64,000 bases of DNA. Origin: Anthoceros angustus (taxonomy: Eukaryota; Plantae; Anthocerotophyta). The notes under the pieces are model-generated. The model searched no databases. It was given only the letters and a program-made list of their open reading frames with translations, and was not told the origin of the DNA. Of the stretch, positions 8,830 to 21,729 are shown piece after piece (position 1 is the first letter of the stretch; each line of letters starts with the position of its first letter). The translations under genes were made by a program, and so were the position numbers. The stretch spans positions 62,001 to 126,000 of the forward strand of contig MU008172.1 of assembly GCA_010909165.1 (NCBI GenBank). The letters run 5' to 3'.

Positions 8830-11300
8830 AAGCCTTAGTGGTGGTACAACAATAGCCAGTGGCTTCGAAGAATCTCATTCATGAATTCTACAAGCATTTG
8901 TATACCACCAAGGGCAAACCCAAGGACTGGAACACCAGGTGGGAGAGGGCCTATGGGAAATTTCCGGTGAAAGGTGACAAGTCAACAACGGATTGTTCTC
9001 GAGGCTGACATCTGCAAAGAGGAAGTTAGACAAGCTCTGAGAGACATAAAATGCAACCGAAGTCCAGGCCTTGACGCCATTCCCAAGGAATTATATGAAT
9101 GGGGGTGGGAGTTCATGCAAGACCTCATCATGGCAGCCCTTCAAGACATCTGGGAGGTTGGTAGTATGGTATAAACACCTCAACGAGAGCCTCATCACCT
9201 TGTTGGCCAAGTAAGATGCTCACCTTTCCATCAGCAACTAGCGGCCCATTAGTCTGCTCAACTCCTTGTACAAGAAGCTTGCTAAGGTGTTACCTGACGA
9301 ATTGGCTCTACTTATGGATTACATACAATGAACTTGATGCACAGCTATCGACCAATTTCAGAGTTTTCATATCCATACTGCATAGGAATCCCCAAGTAAC
9401 AATGCCATTTATCTCCCTGCACCTGGCAAATATGCTAGAGGGCTTGTGGCACTGTAGCCACATTCAAGCAGAACATCCTGGTTTTAGTCTAGTTAACTAG
9501 GATACCAGAGAGGTACCTGAATTCATGGATGGCATCTAGGACATGATGAGCTGAATCCTCTTCAAGAAGTAGGAATAAGAGTGTGTCCTTGGCGCCCAAA
9601 AGCCGTTACTTCAATTCTACACCCTCTGGATCCACCACTCCTTTGACCTGCTGCTTGTCCTTAAGAAATCATGAATTCTGCACAAATGATGAAGAGTGAC
9701 GGGGACAAAGAGCAACTTTGCCTCACCGATCGAGAGATGGAGAACCACTAGAAAAACTCACTATTGTCAAGAACTTAACCTGCTGCTTCAGTCATTATAG
9801 CAATCCATTTGATCAGTTTGGGGCCCATGCCAAAGGTGGAAAGGGCTTTCCATAGGAAGTGCCATTCCACACAGTCATGTGCCTTGGCATAATCAAGAGA
9901 CAACAAAACGGGGTTGTCTTTTAGATGTAGTCAACCACCACTTGGTTTCCCTTACCAGCAACAGGTTGTCAAGGATACAACGGCATTTGATGAAGCCTCT
10001 TTGCTCTAGGGAGATCCAAAGCCTCCATCCTCCAGTATGGGAATTCTAAATTCAAGGCCATGAATAAATCTGGAAACAAGACATCCCAGTAGGCATCCAC
10101 AGTTCCCTGTTTTTCAAAGCTGCTTCTTTCAACGGCCTCCAAAAACCGAGGGATGCTTGGGACCCTATCTGAAAATCAGTGAATGCTCTCAAGCAAGACT
10201 TTGGTATGTCATCTCAAGGAGCCCACCGGTTACTATGGTGGTTAGGCGAAGCACTGGACACTCAGTTTTATGCATCACTTCGCAGTAGACAGTGTCGGTC
10301 GCTATAAGGGCCTGATACACGGTATAAGGACCTGATTTTCAAAACGAAGAGGAGGTCCCATCATTAGGCACGACATTGCTCGTTTGAAAAATCTTAGGGG
10401 CGCTTTGGCTATGTGTCAGGAATTTGAAAGACATAGCGACTGGGGTTTGGTTATTAAAATGCACCACTTTGTTGTAGTCGCCTTCCAATTCCTCACCCCT
10501 ATTGAGGTGCTACATGGAAACGGCAGAACTTGGCGAGTGAAAGAGGAAAGATCTCAAGGGGATTCCCAAAGGTGGGCATTCCACCTAGCATGGCATGAAA
10601 TGTTACCCCTAACATAGATAAATTTGACTCCTGTAGAAGGATGGTGGTGCCCGCAAAGCGAGGCTCCTTATAGCCTCACAAATCTTTATTTAACATCATT
10701 TGAGGGGATATTTACCACAAGCTTGTCTATGACATAGGACGAAAAGCAAGTCATGGGTCACGGCTTGCCCCCAGGCTGCACCTTACTCGGCCCCTACAAT
10801 AGGTGTTGCACATGTTATGACAAACCCCCAGGATATCCCCAAAAGTTTAAGGTGTGGTTTGGGAATTCTTATAGGTGGCGCTTGCCAATGCTGATAATTG
10901 GGATGGCGTATTCCTGGCCACAGGAACGGAGAACTACTCATTGTGCCCAGTAGGGAGCGCCCATAAAAGTCAGCATGTGTTCTTCCACTGCCAGGTCCCA
11001 AGGTTGGTATGGGCCACGATCTACAAATGGATCACTCTCACAGGTTCTTCCATGCCTTGTTTCACAAACACATGGCTCTCTATGAGTTACATCCCGTCGA
11101 CAAGAACCCTCTGGAATCAACTTGCCAACCTCTACCAAGCTGAGGATATGGGAACTATGGTGGCTGTAGTTCAAAACCTATTTTCCTTGCAAATGAAAGA
11201 AATAGATACCATCTAAAGCCACATTTCACAGTTCAGAAGTGACCGCTCTAAGATGGCAAGTGCAGGTTGGAAGATTACCGAAGTTGAGGTGACAGCAGTA
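8830..11300 (+). mobile_element. Decayed L1-clade LINE ORF2 with the RT core (about 9315-10025) inverted
   Basis: Plus strand: EEVRQAL...RSPGLDAIPKELY...RPISLLNSLYK. Minus strand: QRGFIK...LDYAKAHDCVEW...VRQSCSLSP...YLGIP. Plus strand again: zf-RVT-like CPV...HVFFHC. Many stops and frameshifts. Confidence 0.8.
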
Positions 11301-11871
11301 TTCCTGACTATGCTTAATTACATCACAGAACCCTAGGATTCGCAACGCACGACGCTAGCTCAAAGCAGGGATACCAACAGCTCAGGCACAAGTGGATGGA
11401 GTGCTCACCGAGGTACTCTCAGCTTTTATTCAAGATAGCACAATAAGAGGAGGGGCCAGCACCTCAAGATCTAACTATATCATGTTTGTTGGACGTGGTC
11501 GAGGCCGAGGGCGTCCTTACATCCTCAATACCTAATAGGTCACAAAGCCATCCACCCCAATCCCGACCCGATCACAACAACAGGCGAAAAACTTGTAATT
11601 ACAAGTGGTGTGGTATCCCAGGCCATTGGGAAAAAGATTGTAGGAAAAAGGCATCTAGTATGCCTCAGAGGACTAACTCCTCTACAAATACTGTAACCAC
11701 TTCTAGACGAACCTCACTTGGAATCCTATCGACCACCATAACTAGTACTTGGATTCATGTGCCTCTGTGCATATATGCCACACTAAATCGTTCTTTACTA
11801 CCTATAAAGCAATATCATCAGATACTTTTGTGCTATTGGGAGATGACTCCGGCTTGAGAGTGGCTGGAAGA

Positions 11872-14329
11872 TGTTAGAATCATAGCGAGTTAGGGCATTA
11901 GTTAGGGCACGTTCCACTTTAGCTACGAATAGACTTTAATGAACAGTTACTCACATAGTGTCGGTTCACTTTCGTCTTTGAGAACTCTTTGCCCTGTACA
12001 CGATTCACTCTGAAAACAATCCCTAAGGCTACCATGTAAATTTTCATGGTATCAGAGCCGTGCCATCAAACCAATAGAAATTATCATGACCTCCACACCT
12101 AAGAGCTATGCTAAGCTCTCAAAGGCGACAACGCTTATTGAGAAGAGGCAGATCCAGGGGAAGAGGCAGGCCCAACTTCACGGGGCAGACATTCAGGGGT
12201 AGAGGCTCCTACTCAAGAGGAAGAGATAACTTCAACCCTACCTGGAAAAGGGTATGTGGTTACTGTAAGATTCCAGGCCACACATATGAAGAATGCCACA
12301 AAGGAATGGCAGACAACAATCACAGGAGGGACAGACCAGAAGCTTCAGGGCAATTGGCACTAACTATGAAACGACACTCCAAGGCATTTCTATACCTACA
12401 AAACACCAAAACAGACTCCCCACCTTCAACTCTTGTTGCTTCGTGCTTGGCTGCCCAAGGCCAGCATTCATGGTACATTCATTCATGGGCGTTGGAACGC
12501 ATGACTCCACATCGGGAGTACTTCAAAGAATTCACACCTTCCAGGCCTCCTCAGTTCGTCAGCCTAGGTGACGACACAAGACACACCATAGAAGGACAGG
12601 GATCAGTAAATTTAAATTTAAAACTGGTAAGCACACTTCAAATTTCAGATGTGCTACATGTTCTAGGGTTAACTAAAAACCTATTTTCAGTCCGCAAAAT
12701 TAACAAGTCCGGCTATTATGTCTGTTTTGGAGAAGGTCACTATGTCGTGGAGACACCCCAAGGAGAGCTCCTTGCCACCGAAGACCTGTATCATCTCAAC
12801 ATGGACAGATTTCAGAATCTTGCTCTATTACTAACTGCTGCAACCAAGCAGAATAAATCCTATCTATGGTATGCAAGGTTAGGCCACATGGGCATTCAAA
12901 GAATGAAGCAAATGTTATCTGTAGGTGCAACCAAAGGTATCTGACTCACCAACATGGAGGAGTTTGGAGTATGCGAGGCATGCTCGCTAGAGAAGAGCCA
13001 CCGTGTTCCTTTCTCTAAATCCACAACCAGATCCACCAAAAGGCTAGAATTAATACACTCCGACATCTATGGACTATTTAAGAGATCCATCCATAGATAC
13101 CTTTACTTCATGCTAATCGTAAATGACATGAGCAGGTTTGCCGTGTTCTACCTACTGAAACACAAGTCACAAGCAATTACCTGTTTTCAGGAGTATACGG
13201 CTTGGGCTGAGAAGCAAACAGGAGAAATACTCCTCACAATCCGCTCAGATGGAGGAGGAGAATATGGTTGAAGTGACTTCCTGCAATTCTGCAAATCACA
13301 TAGAATTAGCAAACAGGTCACCACCCCACATACATCTCAACAAAATGGGGTATCTGAGTGATTAGAACCATTCAGAATTATGGAATGACAATGCTAATAC
13401 ACGCCAACTTACCAAAGACCTACAGGTGGATTTCCTTATCTCGAGGATGACAATAATGAGGAGCTTGGAGTGGATACTCCATAACAGGATTCTAGACCCG
13501 GCAGGTGATCACAACGTACAAATGCAAGTACTATACGAAGGTATTCTCCAACTAATTGGAGGGACCCTAAAATGAATTTAGCCTATTGTTTATCTGTCGC
13601 TATCGATCAATTCGTGCCTGCTAATTACCATGAGGCTATTACATGTCCTAAAAGCGAAAATTGAAAGATTGCTATTAAATTATAATTAGACTCTCTTAGT
13701 GGTAATAAAACTTGGACCCTTACCAACTTACCTAAAGGCAAAAAATTAGTAGGTCTAAATGGACATTTAAGATCAACCTAAATGCGGATGGCAGCAAAGA
13801 GAGGTATAAAGCTAAGTTAGTGGCGAAGGGGTACTCATAGCTAGGGGAAGTGCAACAGATACTTAGACCTCTTTATTACGACAATTAAGGCGCCATCTAA
13901 CTCACTTATAATCCTAAGTTCCACGCACAAACTAAGCACATGGAAGTTCAGTTTCATTTTATCCGATAGGTAGTTAAGGACGGCAAGTTCGAAGTCTTTT
14001 ACTTCCTGATGGAGCAAATGGTCGCCGACATGCTCACCAAGGCTCTTACTTCGGCTAAGCATCAACAACACTCAGCAACAATGGGACTAAGAAGGCTATC
14101 CCAAGTTAATAATCAACATTAATGACGATTAGTGTCCACTCACTAAGTGGGAGTGTTAGAATCATAGCGAGTTATACCACTAGTTAGGGCACGTTTCGCT
14201 TTAGCTACGAATAGATATATAATGAATGGTTACTCACATGGTGCCGATTCACTTTCGTCTTTGAGAACTCTTTGCCATATACATGATTCACTCTGAAAAC
14301 AATCCCTAAAGCTACCCTGTAAATTTTCC
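11872..14329 (+). mobile_element. Internally deleted Ty1/Copia nested in the outer Copia; LTRs 11872-12046 and 14154-14329; TSD GAAGA
   Basis: Two similar LTRs of about 175 bp starting TGTTAG, PBS TGGTATCAGAGCC, PPT aagtgggag, GAAGA on both flanks. The outer reading frame VLLGDDSGLRVAGR|GTLPLTL...NVLHIP rejoins across the insert. Confidence 0.92.
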
Positions 14330-16799
14330 GAAGAGGCACACTTCCTCTGACACTTGTTGATACCACACAAGTTACCTTACTCAATGTGCTCCATATCCCG
14401 GCCATGGTGAAAAATTTGATCTTCATTGCTTTGTTAATGAAGATACACATGTTCACACTTGTCTTTGACCAGACTTGCTGTATTATGACAAGACCTGGCA
14501 GAAACAAATTTCCAGCATAGCTTATCCTGTTTAGGACATTTATAAATTGTATGCTCATGCATCTCATATGGAAAATGTTGAAACACCCCTAGCAGTTCAA
14601 CAAGGTAACCCGGCCAGCAAAATTGAAGCTTATAGATAGCACCTAAGGCTAGGACATCCTAGCAATGGCCTCTTCAAGCAGATTGTTGGCTCAGATCTAT
14701 ATCAAGTGCCACTTGGACCTCTTCCACAACCTCCATTTTGCGAGACTTGTATTCTCTCCACCCAAAGGCAAGCTACTTTTCCTGAACACGAGCCAGATCA
14801 AAAGAATTCAGCTATGAAGATGGTACACTCAGACCTTCGTGGTCTTATGAGCACAACTTTCTTGGGAGAGGCTCTCTATTTTCTACCCCTTATTGATGAC
14901 CACTCAAGAATGTGTTTTACGTATTTCAGAAAAGTCAAACCTTTGATACCTTTAAGACATGGCTGGCTGTGGTCGAGACTTAGACCTTAACAAAACTACG
15001 TGCCTGCGCACTGATAACAGTGGGGAGTTTACTTCAAATCAGTTTGCTGAATTTTGTGCAGAAAAGGGCATTGTGCGACAACACATTATTGCCTACACAC
15101 CCCAACAAAATGGTGTAGCTGAAAGACTTAATCAGATACTACAATGTATGGCAAGAGCCATGCTCAAACACTCGAAGCTTGAACAATGGTATCAGGCCGA
15201 GGCCATAGCCCTTGTCACTTACTTGAGGAATCAGCTCCCTTCTCATTCGATTCAGGGTAGACCTCCTTACAAATTATGGACTGGCTCTAAACCCTCTATT
15301 ACTTATGCATCTTTGGTTGTGCTGCATATGCTTGGATACTAACGGAAAAATGCAAGAAGTTAGATGATAGATTGGAAAAGCTACTTTTTCTTAGCTATGA
15401 AGCTGGGATCAAGGGCTACAAGCTTTATAATCTCCTTACAGGGGTAGTCACATATGCTCGGAGTGTCAAGTTCCTTGAAGACCCCTTGCTGTCTCATGCT
15501 GGACTAGGGGCTTTTTCCAACTCTGACACATCACTTGATGGCTCTTTGAGTTCTAATCATGAGCCAGACAACATGACAGTTGACATGTTTATTCCTGACC
15601 AAGCGACGCTTCCCTCAATTGCTCCACCTGCCGTAGCTGTCCCTGCTCCCCTGGTCGTCAATCCAGCTCCAATTGTGCCAGCTGCCCATGCGCCTCTTTA
15701 GGCTGGTGTTGATCAGGTTCAGGAGCATGATCCTGCTCCTGGGGCACTTATCTTCGGGGATTTTGCTCCCCCTAATCCACCTTCCTAGCCTCCGGTTGCT
15801 AAAGTATCTACCATTCACACCCTTGCTTCTCTGGGCCGATCCCTTCGTTCTCGTGCCTCCTTGCGTCTTCCTAACAGGTATTTCTCCCCTGATTTCAACC
15901 GCATGGATTTTTGCTTGACCCGAGGCAGTGGGAGGCATGGAGGGGATAAAGAGGTGCATGTTGCCCCCACTACACTAGCTCAAGCTAGCGGTCACACTAA
16001 TAATGAGACTCTTCTTGATCCATCAATACACTTGGGCAATGCTCTGTTTGACATCACTCCTCCTCATGTGGATGACGTTGAACAAGCTCTCTTATCTCGA
16101 GCCCGAGCCTTGGAGCACATAGTTTTGATGGATGAGGCTCTATCCGGCTCAGAACGAAAAGAATGTCTTGAGGCAATACATTCCGGGTGGAACTCTCTTA
16201 TACATAATAATACTTGGCGCTTCGAGGACTTACCACCTAGCAGCTCAATTGTGTCCTACAAGTGGGTTTTGCATAAGAAATTTAATGCGGATGGCAGCCT
16301 TGCTAGATATAAAGCTCGGTTAGTCGCTCAAGGATTTAGCTAAAAGCCCTGGGTTGACTATGACCCACGTTTGTATGCACCTGCTGTTAGACCTGAGACA
16401 ATTGGTTTCATACTAGCAATTGCTGCACAGTAAGACCTTATTCTCCACCAAATGGACTTTAGTACAACCTTTCTATATGGAGAGCTTAATGCGGTTATCG
16501 ATGTGGCACAACCGGATATGTATGTCGATAAAAAGTATCCTAACAAAGTCTACAAGTTATTGAAGAATATATACGGATTAAAACAAAGCTCCAGGGCTTG
16601 GTAAACAAGAATAAACATTTAACTCATCTCCTCGGGTTTTGAGCAAAGTCACACTGAATCAAATGTGTACAAGCTGCAAATGCATGATGGGTATGTACTT
16701 GTATTTAAAATACAATTCTCGGTCAGCCAAGTTAGTCAATTTATACATAATCCGGTAAGACTCATTGAGTAGTAGTGAAGCATGAATATATTGATACTT

Positions 16800-17330
16800 A
16801 AAAGAGGGAAAGAAGACTTTATTATAAAAAAGAGATGGGAAAAACCCATCCACCCCAAAAACCCAACGAAGGGTACCATGCGAAGAGGACTAGCCCCCAC
16901 GATCACGCATTTCAAAACTACCGATTGCCCGAAGACCTTCGTGGTCAGGGATGTGAAAAGGCTTAATTACCACCGGTGTCGAAGAAGCTTCCGCGCTCGC
17001 TGTCGTTCTATACACTGCGTTAGCCAATGCCCTCTGCAGAGCGATGGAAACCTTATGCCAGAAGAAAGCAACAATACAAGGATAAGCCTTGGCGCAGGCC
17101 TTGACAATCCTAGAGAAATCTTTGCCCATGGCTTTGTGAGTCTCAATGGCAAGGGGACGAAGGCGTGGCCATCCTGCATAGGAGAGTACTTGTGGACCTT
17201 GGCCATCGCGCATCCCTCCGCCGCCCAACCTGGAGGGTTAAGAATAACATGTTCGTAGACATTCTCCCGCGTGGGATCGGTTACCATCACAATAGCAACC
17301 GAAATCTGATCCCCCGGGTCAAAAAGGAAC
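16800..17330 (-). mobile_element. 3' fragment of a CRE-clade non-LTR retrotransposon (restriction-like endonuclease) inserted in the Copia RT
   Basis: VTDPTR...AA...AKVHKY...FVP/LAIETH...VSIALQRALANA is the RLE C-terminal pattern of CRE elements. AATAAA plus a pyrimidine tail lie at 16823-16805. Confidence 0.7.
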
Positions 17331-18799
17331 ACTTAGGTTTGGGATACACGAGAAACCCAAAACTACCTATAAAACTAAGTGGGTTTAGCGATGCCGATTG
17401 GGGACGTAACCCTCATGATAGAAGGAGCATAGGCTACTATGCTTTTCTTCTTAATGACAGAGCTTTAAGTTGGCCATGCAAAAAGATATCAACTATTTGT
17501 ACATCCACAGCCGAGAGTGGGTATAGCGCACTCTCCATAGCAGCCAAAGATTTAATTTGGGGAAGGAATTTTCTTGATAGTATATATTACATAGAAAAGG
17601 AGCCAACTGTTCTATATACTGATAGCCAAGCTGCGATTGTTATAGTGGCTAATCCTCGGTTCCATGGTAGAACCAAACATATCGAGTTAAAACACCACTT
17701 TATTCGTGAAGTAGTTTCGGATAATAAGGCACATCGTACTTATGTACATACCGAAGGTAATGCAACCGATGTGTTGACTAAACCTCTGCCCAAATATCTA
17801 CATTACAAACATTCAGAGGGATTGGGAGTTCGCGTGTGTTCAAAAGTTGAAGAAATCAATGCAGTCAAGTTTAGTACAAATGTTAAAGACTAAAGGATTC
17901 CGTTACAAGTCAGTGGGAGAAGTTACTTTCTTAAAGGAAGTCATATACAAGACTCAGGAGACATATTCAAACTCCAATGCTTTTCGTGTGAGTGGGAGTG
18001 TAGACGCACTGAGCATTGAGCATGTTATGGCATGTTAGTGAGGTGCATTATTTTATGCTTTAGTTAGTTCATTAGGGTTTTTGCATGTAACCTCTTCATC
18101 TTGAATCATTTCCTTGCACATATTCATGGACAAAGACTCTTAATTGTTCTTCTTTAATCAAGAAGTTACTTTGCAAAAACCTCATGATATGTATCCTAGC
18201 TTTTCTCCTTATGTAAGATAGAGTGGTAGAGGAGGGACCCCATATGGATGCTGTGTGAGTAGTCTAGTTCCGAGTGATGGCCAGCGTGTGAGTAGTGTAC
18301 TTCCGAGTCATGGCCAGTCCTCCTCCTCCTGTGTAGGTCTGTTCCGACCTCAGCTTGTACACAATTTCTGAGAAATGCGAATTTACATTAAAAACAAGAA
18401 CATAATAAACAACCCTCATACCAACAGATATCCCTGCCCTGGTTATCACCACACTTGTTGATGGAGAGTGGTAGATCGTCTCCACTGTCGAGCTTGTGAC
18501 CGGGCAGCCGGGCTTCCGAGAAGGTGCACCTTTGTGAAGTACGGCAGCGGCAGCGGCAGCGATGGCTGGCGTTGCCGTCTGAAAAATACTAGGGGAGAGA
18601 GCCGGGCCAGCTGCATTTAATACGCCACACAACTCGTGCTCTCTGGTCCCTCCATCCACAGCAGCGCTGCCTGATTGGTGCTCGCCTTCGGCCATTTTCC
18701 GCACTGTCGGTAGCCCCCGGGCATCAATCGCATCATCTGGCTCAGCTCGTGCTGAGGCCGCTGGAGCACTGTCGAAGTAGCGGTAAGCAATTGCGGAGA

Positions 18800-19837
18800 A
18801 TGGCTGCATTGTGCGAACGCTCGCTGCAATCCCTGGTGCTCCGGAGGTCTTCGGGGGCCTTCTCTTCCTTGGCGAGTGTGCGGCAGAGCCTGGGAGGGCA
18901 AGCCGCGGTGCGCTTGGGGATGGCGAGGCGGGAGGTTTCCGTCTCCACTGCTGCGGGCTCCGGCTCCGCGGAAGCCTTTTTTTTCTCCAAGGAGAAGGAG
19001 GCGGGGAGGCCGATCGATCCGGAGAAGGCGCAGGTGCTTCGCGTCTACGAGATAAATGAGGGAGACAGGCACAGCCCTGCCGTTCTCGCCTTGGCCAGGT
19101 CCCCGTTCAACTCACAGGCTCCGACCCTGGCCAGTGTAGTGGACGCTAACGGGAAACCAGTGCTCGCCATCGGTGATCTGGTGCCCTTCTCCAACAAGGT
19201 TAGTAACTAAAGCAAACTTCCTTCCGTTGTGTCTGCTCTGTTTAGAACGTTCGGAAATAACCGGCTTTGTCTGTTTTGTTTTGTAAGTGCATTCAACGGG
19301 GAAGGTGTGTGGTCCGTGGTTGTTGTGCTGGCAGCTATACGATGGATCATTAACCCTCAGGCTGGGGATCACGGCTGGTATAACTACCGTCATCAAGACT
19401 GTGCCCGAGAAGAACGGGCAAAGGTTCGAGGCCAATTACAGCTTCTACTTCGGTGATTACGGCCATATTAGCATCCAAGTAACCCTGCCCGCGTCCTCTT
19501 CACCATCATCACTGTCATTTTGTGTTAATACAATGGATGTAGCGTTGTAAGCAGCTGTAATGTACTGTATGCAACGCAGGGCCCTTACCTGACATACGAA
19601 GACACGGAGCTGGCTGTGGTTGGGGGCGCGGGAATCTTCAGAGGAGTATATGGATTCGTGAAACTGCAGCAAATAATTTTCCCTACCAAGCTCTTCTACA
19701 CTTTCTACTTGTTCGGGATTCCTCGCCTTCCAGACGTTCTCCTGAAGAAGCATGTAGAACCCAGCCTGAAAGTGGTTCCTACCGCTGCCGCCGTGAAAGG
19801 AGCCCCTGAGGCGTCTCTCCCAAATTACTCCGACTGA
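18800..19837 (+). CDS. AOC: Allene oxide cyclase with plastid transit peptide; exons 18800-19198, 19335-19478, 19580-19837
   Basis: [22 protein letters not shown]|[21 protein letters not shown]|[43 protein letters not shown] introns keep the frame. Confidence 0.93.
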
Positions 19838-21018
19838 TCAATGCGCAGATGAGCAACACTGAGTGCACCATTGCGGTTCAATAATGTCTCCAGTCAATAA
19901 TGGATGCCAGTTTGGTGTAGGGCCCTCTTTTGGGTCTTGTCGTGCTTGCGCTGGGTTGTTTTGCCGCGTCGCGTAGTGCGAGGCTGTCTTTCGGTGGATA
20001 ACTAGTTTTCCTACCTTTTGCCGCCTGCTCTCCCCCGCTCAGGCTTTCTGTACGCGCACGCTCTTTCCATATAAAGCCTGTATTGCTCGAAAAAAGAAAT
20101 ATCATCTCCAGTCACCTTCCTCGCCATCGAACATTGCTCATTAGGTTTCGTTGTTGATCGTGATAGCAGGCTTGGCACGAAAGGTTGGATGATTGGCACC
20201 CTCAGGCAACCAGCATTACTGGCCCTCTAGCAACTAGCATTATTGGAGTCAGGACACATTGAATTGGCATTTTAGTGAGCGATACGGCCTTTTCATTGAG
20301 ATGAGAGGGGATGAGATGGGAACCTACCAGCAAGTGCAACCTACGACACAGGAAACCGGCCATGAAGATAAGAAATCCTTTGAGATTCATCCTTGGAGCT
20401 ACATACATTCCAAAATCTGCGAGCCAGCATGTCAGGTACACTGGGTCTGCCCGGTGTGAACCGACCTGAATGTATGATGGGTTTTATCACAGGCCATGTA
20501 AATAATTGTCATGTTTTAGTCCTATGACGATCATCCGTGTTAACGAGTTGTAAAAATTAGAAAACAATTCTTCTTCTTTCGTAGTCTTTCTTCTTACATA
20601 ATGTCATACACCAAAGATGACTTCACTGTGTAAAAGAGATCGGTCATCGATGTGAAGCACCTCCTGTTGCCGGAACGAAGAAACCAGAGCTACGAAATTC
20701 CCAAGGGCCAAAACCTATCCTCTCACTGACAGCATCACATGAGCTGCAAGTTCACATGGGCAGACCCAGTTGAGCGCAAGTTGCCCAGAGAACGTGGCGG
20801 CGGAAACGGAAGGAGGGAGGGCTGACTATGGAGGGCTGACTATGTATAGATATCTTGCCGAGTCGTAGTGCTATTGGAAGCCAAGCCACGGCAACCTCTG
20901 GCGATCCCACAGGTCACAGCGGTATTTAAATGCCTTGCAAATCCAAGCCTTCGGCAGTGTCTCCATCGCCAGCAGCAGGCAGTCGCATTGGCGAGCAATG
21001 AGAGCAGCGAGCAGCAGA

Positions 21019-21729
21019 ATGGCCATGTCGCGGTTGTCGGTGTGCGCGCTTTTGCTGGCGATGGCGGTGGTGGCGACGGCGAGCGACCCCGACCCGCTGC
21101 AGGACTTCTGCGTGGCGGACTTCTCAGGCACGGTGGTGGTGAACGGGGCGGCCTGCAAGCCCGCGTCCTCGGTCACCGCGGCCGACTTCCTCTTCTCGGG
21201 CTTCCGAGGCCCGGCCAACACCAACAACAAGCTCAAGTTCGGCGTGATCCCGGCCGCGCCCATCACGCTCCCGGGGCTCAACACACAGGGCATCTCGATG
21301 GCGCGGATCGATCTGGGCGTGGGCGGGCTGAACCCGCCGCACACCCACCCACGGGCCACGGAGCTGCTGTACGTGCAGAAGGGGACGGTAGTGGTGGGAT
21401 TCGTGGCCGCCAGCACCGGGGTGCTGTTCCAGGAGACGCTGCAGGCGGGCGACGTGTTCGCCTTCCCCCGCGGCCTGCTCCACTTCCAGCGCAACGTGGG
21501 CAAGGAGCCCGCCCTGCTCATCGCTGCGCTCAACAGCCAGTTCCCCGGCGCGCAGGGATCGGCCGCCGCCCTCTTCGGATCCACCCCGTCCCTGCCCACC
21601 GAGGTGCTGCAGCAGGCATTCGGGATCTCCGCTGCGGACGTCAACTACCTCATCTCGTACCAGAAGTCCCCTACCAGCCCCGTGGGAGCAGGATCCAAGA
21701 CCGTGCTCTGCAAACATCATTCTAGTTAG
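21019..21729 (+). CDS. Germin-like protein (cupin), secreted, intronless
   Basis: Signal peptide, box A SDPDPLQDFCVAD, germin box GLNPPHTHPRATE, GDVFAFPRGLLHFQ. TATA-like TATTTAAA at 20923. Confidence 0.92.
   Translation: MAMSRLSVCALLLAMAVVATASDPDPLQDFCVADFSGTVVVNGAACKPASSVTAADFLFSGFRGPANTNNKLKFGVIPAAPITLPGLNTQGISMARIDLGVGGLNPPHTHPRATELLYVQKGTVVVGFVAASTGVLFQETLQAGDVFAFPRGLLHFQRNVGKEPALLIAALNSQFPGAQGSAAALFGSTPSLPTEVLQQAFGISAADVNYLISYQKSPTSPVGAGSKTVLCKHHSS

Larger units (their letters stand above)
11340..18184 (+). mobile_element. Decayed Ty1/Copia LTR retrotransposon (outer element); probable 3' LTR at about 17999-18184; 5' LTR not seen
   Basis: Zinc knuckle CGIPGHWEKDC, integrase LRTDNSGEF...YTPQQNGVAER, RT YKWVLHKKFNADGSLARYKARLVAQG, RNase H FSDADW...RTKHIELKHHFIRE, polypurine tract gtgagtgggag before TG. 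Confidence 0.85.

Noticed and set aside
17165-17893. 242-aa ORF as a novel gene
   Set aside because: It is a chance fusion of antisense CRE sequence with the Copia RNase H frame.
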